From contig MFPR01000038.1 in NCBI GenBank assembly GCA_001784175.1, forward strand, positions 1 through 40,189: DNA of 40,189 bases, in the 5' to 3' direction. The notes beneath the pieces were generated by a model. It was not told the DNA's origin, made no database searches, and saw only the letters and a list, made by a program, of their open reading frames with translations. This DNA comes from Candidatus Lindowbacteria bacterium RIFCSPLOWO2_12_FULL_62_27 (GTDB lineage Bacteria > Lindowbacteria > 2-12-FULL-62-27). A program made the translations under genes and the position numbers. Shown here piece after piece: positions 23,715 through 33,300 of this stretch. Position 1 is the first letter of the stretch; every line of letters starts with the position of its first letter.

Positions 23715-25265
23715 ATGCAGGTGAGTTTGAGGGCCAAGTTTGCGGGCGTGGTGCTCGGGCTGATCCTGGTGCTGATCTGCGCCATCTGGGCGCTGATGAT
23801 GCGCCAGCAGGCGGAGATGGAGAAGCGCATTTCGGAGCATCAGCGTGGGGTCATGCTGGCGGAACTCAAGAAACGGACCAGCAGCATTTTTGCGTTTCTG
23901 ACGGCCAACAGCGAGGCCCTGTCGATCGAGGACTACCTGACGGTGGACGCATTTGTCCGGGAGATGTCGCGGTCCTCCGACATCCGGTACATTCACATCG
24001 TCGTCGATGGCCGGCTCGTCGTCCCGATGGTGAAAAATCCTCCGATGTACGAGCTTCCCCGAGGCGTCGCGCCGGCGGGGACCGACGTGCGTTTTGACGA
24101 AACGACCGGGCCGGACGGCGAGCCGCTGGTGCTGGTCAGCGGGCCGATCGTGGACAAGACCATCCGCCTGACGGTGGGGTCGGCGTACGTGGCCGTGTCG
24201 AAGCAGCCCATTCTGGAGGCGATCGAGCAGGCCGCGCTGGAAGTCAGCCGCGTCGCGCAGTCGGTCCGGAGGCGGGTGACGCTGATCACGCTGATTTTCG
24301 TCGCGCTCGGCGTCGCCTGCTCGGTCGTGCTGGTCAGCATGATCGTGCGGCCCATCCGGGAACTGGCGGCGGGCGCGCGGGTGATCGGGAGCGGCAATCT
24401 GGACCATCAGGTGGAAGTGCGGTCGAGGGACGAGGTGGGGGACCTCGCGCGGACCTTCAATGAGATGACGCAGGACCTCAAGGCGGCGCAGCGGAGATTG
24501 ATCGAGACGGAAAAATTCGACCAGGAGCTGAAAATCGCGACGGAGATCCAGCAGGCGCTTTTGCCCAAAAGTCTTCCGAAGGTCCTCGGCCTGGATCTTG
24601 GAGCGTATTACAAGTCGGCGAAGGACGTCGGCGGCGACTATTACGATTACATCCCGGTCCAGAGGGACAGCCGCGGAAAAATCGCGGTCGTGGTCGCGGA
24701 CGTGGCCGGCAAGGGCCTTCCGGGGGCGGTGGTCATGTCGATGACGCGGAGCATTCTGCGGTCGCAGGTGACGCTGGCGCTGTCGACGGCCGACACGCTG
24801 CGCCGGACGAACGCGGTGCTGCAGCCGGACATCAAGGCGGGGATTTTCGTCAGCATGTTCTACGGCCTGGTGGACAGCGGCACCGGCGAGACCGAATTCA
24901 GCAGCGCCGGGCACAACACGACGCTGATTTACCGCGCAAAGACCCGAGAGGTGGAGAAGATCGACTGCGGCGGGATGGCGCTGGGCGTGGTGAGTCCCGA
25001 GCGGTTCGACGGGATGATCGAGACGAAGAAGACGGTCTTGTTGACCGGAGACATTTTGATCCAGTATACTGACGGGGTCGATGAGGCGATGAATCCGGAC
25101 CACGAGCAATTCGGGATGGACCGGCTGTACGAGGCGATCCGGAAGTGCGGAACGCGCGGCGCGCAGGAGATGCTGGAAGAAATCCAGGAGCGGATCACCA
25201 CCTTCGTGTCCGGCAACCCGCCTTCGGATGACATCACGATGGTCGCCGTGAAACGGGTGGCCTGA
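23715..25265 (+). CDS. Membrane HAMP plus PP2C (SpoIIE/RsbU-type) serine phosphatase
   Basis: Two transmembrane segments, HAMP (RPIRELA...RDEVGDLARTFNEM), ELKIATEIQQALLP, VGGDYYD, ADVAGKG, YTDGVDEA, SDDITMV. Confidence 0.95.
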   Translation: MQVSLRAKFAGVVLGLILVLICAIWALMMRQQAEMEKRISEHQRGVMLAELKKRTSSIFAFLTANSEALSIEDYLTVDAFVREMSRSSDIRYIHIVVDGRLVVPMVKNPPMYELPRGVAPAGTDVRFDETTGPDGEPLVLVSGPIVDKTIRLTVGSAYVAVSKQPILEAIEQAALEVSRVAQSVRRRVTLITLIFVALGVACSVVLVSMIVRPIRELAAGARVIGSGNLDHQVEVRSRDEVGDLARTFNEMTQDLKAAQRRLIETEKFDQELKIATEIQQALLPKSLPKVLGLDLGAYYKSAKDVGGDYYDYIPVQRDSRGKIAVVVADVAGKGLPGAVVMSMTRSILRSQVTLALSTADTLRRTNAVLQPDIKAGIFVSMFYGLVDSGTGETEFSSAGHNTTLIYRAKTREVEKIDCGGMALGVVSPERFDGMIETKKTVLLTGDILIQYTDGVDEAMNPDHEQFGMDRLYEAIRKCGTRGAQEMLEEIQERITTFVSGNPPSDDITMVAVKRVA

Positions 25266-25279
25266 GGAGCGACGCGGGC

Positions 25280-25750
25280 ATGGCGAAAACACAGGAACGG
25301 AAAAAATCGGCGGGACCCAGACTTAGGAAGACGGTATTGCGGCTGGCCGCGCAGCCGGATGCGCTCAAGGTTGTCCGGAACACCATCCTGAAGGAAGCCG
25401 GAGCGCTGCGGATCCATCCTGAAGAACTCTACTCCATGGTGCTTGCGGTGGACGAGGCCTGCGCCAACGTCATCCGGCACGCCTACAAGGACGGCCCGGC
25501 GAGGCCGATGATCATCGAGATTGAAATTACCAGCCGCCAGATGAGCATCGTGATCCGCGATTCGGGTCAGGCGTTCGATTTCGGCGAGTATCCGCGCATT
25601 CCGGTCCGGGAGGCCATCGCACAGCGGGCCGAGCGGGGATACGGGATTCAGATCATCAAGTCCGTGGTGGACCGCTGGGAACACACGCGCACAAAATCCG
25701 GCGAGAACCGGCTCCGGTTGATCAAGTACTTCCATCCGGCCGGATCCTGA
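25280..25750 (+). CDS. Anti-sigma factor serine kinase (RsbW/SpoIIAB-like HATPase)
   Basis: LAVDEACANVIRHAY, IVIRDSGQAFD, RGYGIQII. Confidence 0.9.
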   Translation: MAKTQERKKSAGPRLRKTVLRLAAQPDALKVVRNTILKEAGALRIHPEELYSMVLAVDEACANVIRHAYKDGPARPMIIEIEITSRQMSIVIRDSGQAFDFGEYPRIPVREAIAQRAERGYGIQIIKSVVDRWEHTRTKSGENRLRLIKYFHPAGS

Positions 25751-25758
25751 GCGGCCGG

Positions 25759-27663
25759 ATGCGAGACCTGCGTGTGCGTGGGCTGCCGGCCGCCATCCTT
25801 GCGATCCTGACGCTGGCCGGCGCCGACCCCGGCCGCGCGGACGACGTGCGGCCGCAGATTGCGGCGAGCGACCGGATTCGGATTCTGCTACGGTCGGAGG
25901 GCCTGGCCGCCCCCGAGGAGGACCATCTCGCGAAACTCCTGGAGGAAGCGCTGGACCGGCTTGACCTCGTCGACGTCAGCCGCGAAATCCGGCGCGGCCC
26001 CGTTTCGTCGGAGGAACTGCGCAAACGCGCGAAGGCCGAGGCCGTCCACGCGTTTTTGATCGTCGACGCCGGACTCGCGGGCGCCGCGGATGCGCGGCGC
26101 CTGACGTTGGACGGAAAATTAATTTTCCCCGAAATTTACGATCCGGTCTGGACGGCGCGGGTCAGCGCCTCCGGCGCCCCAAGTGCCGGCGTCTCCGACG
26201 CCGGCCGGATCCGTACAGGCGGCGCGACCGATACCTCGAAGCCGGCGCGGAATCCCGTCACGACGGAACAGATGCTCGAAGACGGCGCGCGGAGCCTGAC
26301 GGGAGAGTTCAGCCGCGACTGGATGACGCAGGTCGCAAAAAACAAGAGTGAGCAGGCGATGGTAGGACTGCGCGAAAAGCGCAGGGAGTTGGAGAGCCTG
26401 GAGCCCGCGGAGGCCGCGCGCGAGGCGGCACAGCTCGCGCGGGGATTCGAGCGGAGCGCCGAAAAATCTTTTGCATCAGGCGCGCACACCGAAGCGATCG
26501 AATACGCCCGGATTGCGCAGGGCCACTATGAACGGGCCATCGGCACCGCGCGCGGGGAGAGAGAAAAGCAAACGTACCGCCGGGAGCGGCTGAATCTCCT
26601 GCTCGAAGCCATCCGGAACCGGATCGACAGCGTTCCGGTCGAGCTATTGTCCGAGGATCAGCGCCGGGACCTGATCGATCTTCAGGCGGCGCACCGCGCC
26701 GTTCGTTCCATGCAGTCGCCCGACATCGAGCTGGCCATGGCAAAGGTGGAATCGATCGACACACGACTCGCCGCACTTGCGCGGGCCGCGCGCCAAACGT
26801 TTCAGGCCAGGGTCCGGGAGATTGAAATTGCGCTCGTGTCGCTCCGGGAATGGGACGCGCCGCGGATGGATGGAAAGACCTATCAGGAGATCCTCAAGGG
26901 GTTTGACGAGGCGCTCGCCGGCTACGAGCGCGGCGCCTGGCAGCAGGCGCTGATCCACCTGCGGCAGGCGGAACGGGGTGCGCAGATGACGCTCGATTTT
27001 CTGACGCGCCATGCCCGCGAACACGCCGAAGAGGAATACCTTCAAACGGTGGAACGCATGGGGCGGCTCATCAAAAAACTTTATACGGTCGCCGGCGACC
27101 GCAAAGATCTTCTTGAAACGGCGGACGCGGCCTTCAAGAGATTTCAGACCGTCAAGGGCGAGTACACGCGCGAGAAGGCGACGCGAGCGGCGCGGCAGGC
27201 GACCGATCTGTTCCGGGAGTGCGTGCAACTTTTGCAGCAGTTTCAGGAAAAACAGACCGAGCGCGCGGCGGAACTGAAGCGGCGGAAGGAGCAGATGGGA
27301 CAGAGCCTGTCGGGACTGGGTCAGCGGGGCGCGAAGCTGATGTTTCCGGACCGGTGGGTCGATCTCCAAGGGCTCTGGCGCGCCGTCGAGCCGCTGGAGG
27401 GGGAGCGTCTCATCGAACAGGATTCGACCCTCCTGCATCTCAACCGGCTCATCGATCAGATGGACCAGAGCATTTCCTCCATGATCGAACAGCCGATGAG
27501 CGAGTTTTCGCGGGCCATCGTAAAGCGCCGGGAAAACGGGAAGCCGTGGGAGGCGCTGGAGCGCAAGCGCCGCCTGGCGGAGGTCTACCTCCGGGAGGGC
27601 CTCGTCCCGGACGCGCTGGTAATCTTCAAGGAGTTGGAGACGGAGATCGCGGCGGGGCAGTGA
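25759..27663 (+). CDS. Hypothetical exported, largely helical/coiled-coil protein
   Basis: 634-aa ORF 8 nt after the RsbW-like gene; signal-like N-terminus; E/R/A/L-rich helical composition; no family recognised. Confidence 0.7.
   Translation: MRDLRVRGLPAAILAILTLAGADPGRADDVRPQIAASDRIRILLRSEGLAAPEEDHLAKLLEEALDRLDLVDVSREIRRGPVSSEELRKRAKAEAVHAFLIVDAGLAGAADARRLTLDGKLIFPEIYDPVWTARVSASGAPSAGVSDAGRIRTGGATDTSKPARNPVTTEQMLEDGARSLTGEFSRDWMTQVAKNKSEQAMVGLREKRRELESLEPAEAAREAAQLARGFERSAEKSFASGAHTEAIEYARIAQGHYERAIGTARGEREKQTYRRERLNLLLEAIRNRIDSVPVELLSEDQRRDLIDLQAAHRAVRSMQSPDIELAMAKVESIDTRLAALARAARQTFQARVREIEIALVSLREWDAPRMDGKTYQEILKGFDEALAGYERGAWQQALIHLRQAERGAQMTLDFLTRHAREHAEEEYLQTVERMGRLIKKLYTVAGDRKDLLETADAAFKRFQTVKGEYTREKATRAARQATDLFRECVQLLQQFQEKQTERAAELKRRKEQMGQSLSGLGQRGAKLMFPDRWVDLQGLWRAVEPLEGERLIEQDSTLLHLNRLIDQMDQSISSMIEQPMSEFSRAIVKRRENGKPWEALERKRRLAEVYLREGLVPDALVIFKELETEIAAGQ
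26162..26207 (+). repeat. Twin-hairpin 46-nt intragenic element, copy 3
   Basis: Identical 46-mer, read in a different frame as VSASGAPSAGVSDAGR. Confidence 0.9.
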
Positions 27664-27669
27664 CCCCCC

Positions 27670-30345
27670 TCAGCGTCGCCTTTTCCCGCGCTCCGGTTTG
27701 ACCGGCGCGGCCGGCGGAGGCAATCTCGCCTGAAGCTCCGAAAGGAGCGCGCCGGCGTCCTGCCAGTTGCCCAGGCTCAGGGCGCGCTCGGCCAGCCGGT
27801 GGAGCGTGCGGAGATGGGCGGGAAATCCCGAGTCGGTGACGCGGCCGGCGAGGGAGGAGAGGGTTTCCCTGAAAGATTCCTGACAATACGCCTGAACAAG
27901 GATCGTATAATGATTGAGGAGCCTTAAGGCTCGGATGGCCGTCAGCGTGTCTCCTTCCACGTAACTGTTCATGGCCGATTCGTAGAGTTGCTCGAGCCGG
28001 CGGTCCATGCCGGCCGGCGGATTCTGGTGCGCCGGCAACGGCAGATGGGACTTCAGCCATTTTCGGGCCGTTGCGAGGGAGAGTTCGAGCGGCGTGACGA
28101 GAAGCGGCGTATCGGATTTGAGCGAAAGCTCGCGCACGTCGGTCAACTGAAACTGGTCGACCGGCGCGGGCAGGATTTGGGGAGAGGACGGAAAGACGAG
28201 AAGGGGGACCACCAGCCGGCTTCCGGCCTTCACCGGGACGGCGGGATCGAGCCGGTTGATCTGCGCGAGGAAATTCTGAAGGCGCGCGTCCTTGTAAAAG
28301 AGGAGGGCCAGGCGGGACAGCTTATCGGGCTTCGCCGCCACGGTTTCGATGTAAAGATCGAGCGGCTGGGGCCGCCGCTCTTCCCGGCCCAGACGTTCGT
28401 ACGAGGAGAGAATCGAGCGGATCACCATGTCGCCTCCGACCACGGCGCCGGGAACCGCGATGCGGGCGCCATCAAACAGTCCGGGGACGGGCGCATAATG
28501 AACGTCCAGCCGCTGCCGGACCGTCGCCCCGGCAAGATCCCTGGCGGTGACGATGATGGCGTTCGGTCCCTCTCTTAGAAGGAAATCCGCCGAAAATGAA
28601 TCGGCGCCGCCCTGCACCAAGACAGGAAGCGGGTCGAACAGAACCGTGTCCGGAAACCGGTCGATCACACGGCCGGTCACGCGCAGAGCTGGATCGGAGG
28701 TTCTGGCCGGGGTGGAATCCAACGCGAGACGCGGCGGCGCGGAATCCCACACAAGGGTTTCGCGGAATTCGTCCGTGTTGAAGAAACGGTCTTCGGCCGT
28801 GAGGACCATCATCTGCGTTTCGGCGGACAGCGTGGTCTCGATCTCGAATTTTCCGGTCGTCGGATCGAAACGGCGGAGCGCGCCGGCCGGCGACACCGTC
28901 AGCTTGGCCAAGGCGTCGTCCTCCAACTGGCCCTTGATCGAAACGGCCGGCGTTCTGGAAAATCCCGGCCGGTCGAGCCGGACGAGCCGGGGGGGTTCAT
29001 GGTCGACCGGCAGTCTCAACTGGCTTTCATTTCGGTCTGTCCTGATTTTCATCACCGCGACACCGCCCAAACTCTGCCGGCTGTCCAGCCAGACGCTCCG
29101 GCCTTCCACGCGAACGGGGCCGCTGTCCCAACGGTCGGCGCCCGGAAGGCGCACTGCGGCGAGGCGGGTCCGTTCGGTCGTCAACACATCGACCCTGATC
29201 TGGCCCGGAGAAAATATTTCGATGTCGGGCTCAAACTGGATCAGAGGCCGGACGAAGGGCCGCAGGACGAGTCCCAGAGATTCCGTTCCGATCAGCCATC
29301 CCTTTTCAGTGACCAGGATCCGGTTGATCGACTCGGACCGGGAACGGTCCGGAAAGAGATATATTTTTTCCCAGGTTTTCGTTTCCGCGTCGTAGCGGCT
29401 GATTCCGTCGACGGTGGAAACCAGCCGTTCCAGGCCGTTGGCCGCGATGTGCCGGGCCTCGTCGTCCGTCAGTCCCTGCAGCGTCGTGTAGTGCTCCCAG
29501 CGGGTTTCGTCGATATGATACCGGAACACGCCGCGCTCGGCCGAGCCCAGCCAGAGTTCCTGCCCTGCAAGGACGGCCGAGGTGAAGGCCGGCATGGCGT
29601 AGCCTTCCATGAAAGGGATGGATTCCCATTCATCGGAACGCGGTAGATAGCGCCGGACGTCCGCGCGCGTTGCGACAAACAAGTCGGCGGGGCCGGGGGC
29701 AAACGCGGTGATGTCATTCGATTCGCGGCCCTTCCCGAACACGGCGTAATCCAGATCGCCGGTCGACAGGTTCATCCGCGTGATACCCCAGCCCCGCGTG
29801 CCCATCCACAGGTTGCCGCGCCAGGCCGCCAGCGCCGTGAGAAAATTTCCGGAAAGACCATGTTGCTTCTGCAAAACTTTTTTCACCGCGCCGGACCGGT
29901 CGAGACCGGCCAGTCCGCCATCCGTGGCGGCCCACACGGTCCCCCCGTGCGCCAGGAGGCCGGACACGTATCGGCCCGGCAATCCGTGCTCGGGGCCGAT
30001 GCGGCCCACCTGCTCCATACCGGCCGCCGTGTCAACCAGCCGGACCCGCACGATCCCGTCGGTCGTGCCCGCCCAGAATTCCGGGCCGACCTGCGCGATG
30101 GACTTGATTTGCAAGCCCGCCCCAAACGACGCGTCGGACATGGCCCAATTCTTGCCCGGAGCAATCCCCCCTCTCCCGCCTACGGCGGGAGAGGGTAGGG
30201 GTGAGGGTGGCAGGGTTCGATCGCCGCCCTCCGCCCCCCTCACCTCAATCCTCTCCCCCCTGCGGGGGGAGAGGAGGTGAATAGTTGCGTCTGGGGCGAG
30301 CACGATCAGTACGGCGAGGACGCCTGTCATGCGAAAAATTCTCAT
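27670..30345 (-). CDS. Exported beta-propeller (two-component-regulator-propeller-like) + Ig-like + LysM-like + helical protein
   Basis: Blade motifs GLPGRYVSGL..VWAATDGGL, GLSGNFLTAL..LWMGT, LWLGSAERGV; Ig-like LREGPNAIIVTARDLAG; LysM-like PDKLSRLALLFYKDARL...INRL...GSRLVVP. ATGA overlap with the upstream gene. Confidence 0.8.
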   Translation of the reverse strand: MRIFRMTGVLAVLIVLAPDATIHLLSPRRGERIEVRGAEGGDRTLPPSPLPSPAVGGRGGIAPGKNWAMSDASFGAGLQIKSIAQVGPEFWAGTTDGIVRVRLVDTAAGMEQVGRIGPEHGLPGRYVSGLLAHGGTVWAATDGGLAGLDRSGAVKKVLQKQHGLSGNFLTALAAWRGNLWMGTRGWGITRMNLSTGDLDYAVFGKGRESNDITAFAPGPADLFVATRADVRRYLPRSDEWESIPFMEGYAMPAFTSAVLAGQELWLGSAERGVFRYHIDETRWEHYTTLQGLTDDEARHIAANGLERLVSTVDGISRYDAETKTWEKIYLFPDRSRSESINRILVTEKGWLIGTESLGLVLRPFVRPLIQFEPDIEIFSPGQIRVDVLTTERTRLAAVRLPGADRWDSGPVRVEGRSVWLDSRQSLGGVAVMKIRTDRNESQLRLPVDHEPPRLVRLDRPGFSRTPAVSIKGQLEDDALAKLTVSPAGALRRFDPTTGKFEIETTLSAETQMMVLTAEDRFFNTDEFRETLVWDSAPPRLALDSTPARTSDPALRVTGRVIDRFPDTVLFDPLPVLVQGGADSFSADFLLREGPNAIIVTARDLAGATVRQRLDVHYAPVPGLFDGARIAVPGAVVGGDMVIRSILSSYERLGREERRPQPLDLYIETVAAKPDKLSRLALLFYKDARLQNFLAQINRLDPAVPVKAGSRLVVPLLVFPSSPQILPAPVDQFQLTDVRELSLKSDTPLLVTPLELSLATARKWLKSHLPLPAHQNPPAGMDRRLEQLYESAMNSYVEGDTLTAIRALRLLNHYTILVQAYCQESFRETLSSLAGRVTDSGFPAHLRTLHRLAERALSLGNWQDAGALLSELQARLPPPAAPVKPERGKRRR
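30166..30288. repeat. REP/REPIN-like inverted doublet inserted in frame near the 5' end of the propeller gene
   Basis: CCCTCTCCCGCC-TAC-GGCGGGAGAGGG and CCTCTCCCCCC-TGC-GGGGGGAGAGG; same architecture as 15021-15123. Confidence 0.85.
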
Positions 30346-33300
30346 TCGGTTTCGTTCCGTTTCAGTTTCTCAATCTTCTTCCGGGCGCGTTCGATGTAAT
30401 CCCGGGCCTTCACGTTGTCCGAATCGATCGCCAGGACCCGGTTCCAGTCGGCGACCGCTTCGTTCAGGCGGCCCTCCTGGTAGTGGCCGAGACCCGAGAA
30501 GATATACTGGCTGATCGCGCCCGACTTCTCTGTTTTCCATCGTTGCTGCAATTCTTCAAGCCTCCGGGCCCATTCCGTCTCGCCGGACCGCGCCGCCGCA
30601 TGGCGCGCGTCCAGCGTGAGGATCTGGCGGTAGAGAGACAGCACATGCCGGGCACGCTGCATCGCGAGGTCCGTCCGGTTCTGATCCACCGCGAGCTGGA
30701 CTTTCTGACGGTAGCGGTCCGCTTCCTGCAACCATCCGGCGATGTGTTCGGCCGAGCGGTCCACGACGGGCGCGCCCTCGATCGCGATGGCGCGCTCCGC
30801 CTCGGCGCGCGCCATGCTCAAGCGGTCGATCTCGTTCAAGCCGGTCCGGGCACCCGCGTTCTCGGGATCGACGCGCAAGACAGCCCGGAACGCGGCGCGG
30901 GCCGATTCGTACTGGCCGGCGTCGACCGCCGCCCGGCCCTGGTCCATCCACTGGGCCAACTGTGTAGCGAGGCCGCTGCGTGCGTCCGCCAGACGCGTGC
31001 GAACTTCCGGATGGTCGGCATGCAATTTTTCCGCGGCCTGATAGGATTCGACGGCCTTCAAAAGATTTCCCTGCTCGCGCAGCCGGTCGCCCTCCCGCAG
31101 GTGCCACGCGATCTGATCGTCCAGGGACTGCCGGGCGCTCGCGAGATAATTGTTGACGAGCTTGCGCTGCGGATCCGCCTTCCGGACTTCCTCCCAGACC
31201 TCGATGGCCTTCATGAAATTCCCCTGCTCGTACAGGTTGACGCCGGTGACGAATTTCTCCTCAAGGTCTTTTTCGCGCACCGCCTGATCGATGCGGCCCC
31301 GCGCTTCCTCGATCAGCGAGCGGGCGCCGGCCAGGCTCGAATACTCGGACAGCGCCATCTCCCAGACCGCGATGGCTTGCTCGAAATGGAGGTTGCGATA
31401 ATGCGTGAGGCCCGCGTTGAACAACTGCTGGGCCCGCGCCAGATCCGTCTTTTCCTTGTTCCTCCGCTCCGCGTCCGCGCGGAGCTGCCTTGCGCGAACG
31501 TCGTCGGGGTCGACCGAGATGATCCAGTCCAGCGTCGCGATGGCGGGCTCGTATTCTTCCTTCGAGAACCGCCCCAGGGCGTCGGCGTATTCTCTCTCGA
31601 TGCGCGGCAGGAGGAGACTTCGGATCTCTCCGCGGCCTTTTGCCGCGGCCTCGTTGTAGGGATCGACCGCGAGCGCCCGATTGTAGAATTTCAGCGCCTG
31701 CTCCGGATCGCCGCCCGCTTGGAGACGCGACGACTCCGACACCATCGACCGGACGAACGACAGGAACCGTCCGGCGTGGGCCTCAATGCGCTTGCGGACT
31801 TCCGGATGATCGATCTCGCGCGCCAGGATCTCCTGCCAGGCCTTGAGCGCGACATCGACATTGCCCTGGTTCATGGCGGCGTCGCCGAGCTTCAGTTTCT
31901 CCGATATCTCCTCCGCCCGGCGGATCTGCACCTCCTGCAGGATGGCGCGGGCCGGAGCGTAGTCCGGGTCGAGGGCGAGACTGTGAGAGGCGAGCAACTC
32001 GGCCGCGTCGATCTGGCCCTTCAGAAACTCCGCCTGCGCCAGAAGCTCGAACCGCGCCGCCTCCTGCTTGCGCTCGTCCGGTTCCAGTTGCGCCTGGCGG
32101 AACTGCGCGAGCTGTTCGAGCACGGCGGCGGCCTTCGGATGGCCGTCGGCGCGGCGGACGAGAAGCTGGAGCCGGCTCTCGGCCTCGTCCCACCGGCCCC
32201 TCCGATATTCCTCAAGGCCTTTCCGGTACAGCTCGTAGCGGTCCCGGAACTGTTCGCGCTCGATCAGCCGCGTCTTGGCCGCCTCCAGATATCGCCGGGC
32301 GGCCGAGTGGGCCGGCTGGAAGTAGAGGACGCGTTCCATCTCCCGCGCGGCGTCGCTCAGATTGCCGATCAGATATTCGGTCAGGCCCCTCACGAAATGC
32401 TGTTCCACGAATGTGTCGCGCGTCGATTCGATGTGCGCCTTCGCGGTCAGCGCCTTGTCGAACGCCGGGTCGTGCTCGAGGATCGACCGCACGATCCGGT
32501 CGGCCTCCACGAGGTCGCCGGCGGCCAGACGCCGCTCCGCCTCCGACCACGGGGCGAGGACGTTCTGGTCGTAATCCTTGCGCGTTTCCGCCATGTACCG
32601 GCGGGGCATGGGGTTGGACGGCTGGAGTTTCTGCGCCTCCTCCCATTCCTGCATCGCCTTCGGATATTCCTTCTTCGCCCGGTGCGTCAGCCCGCGCTGC
32701 AGCCGCTCGCTCGCGACGGTGCCCTGGGACTTGCCGAACTCGTACGACAGCGACAGCCGCTGGAAGTTGTCGAAGAGGCTCGACGGGAGGATCGCGTAGT
32801 CGAACTTGAGGTCGCTGAACCGGAACCCGAACCCGAAGGTCGGATCGCCGTTGTCGAGGCCGGTGCGGACCGCCAGCCAGGACTTGGGCAGCCACTCGAG
32901 GCCGAAGTGGATGCGGTGGACGTCCACCGTTGTGAGGTCGAGATCGAGCGCGAACTGCAGCCAGTCGAACATGCGGTAGGAGGCGCCGAGCTTGGCGGCC
33001 ATCGGCAGTTTTTCGGCGACCGTCTTGAGCTTGATCTGCGGCTCGATGAAGTTCTGGACGTTGAGGCCGAGCGACAGCTTGTCGGTGATCCCGTCCGACT
33101 GCGCATGGCGGATGACGCCCTCGAAGAACGGAATGGCCTCCCGCAGCTTGCCGGCGTCGTACAGCTCGACGCCGCGGTTGAACCACGCGGACAGCGTCGC
33201 CTCCCGCAAGGACATCGGCGGGTTGGCGCGGAGGAACTCGACCATCGCGCGATGGCCGTTGGTGATCGCCCGCGCCTGGAACTGATAGCCCTTGCGCCGG

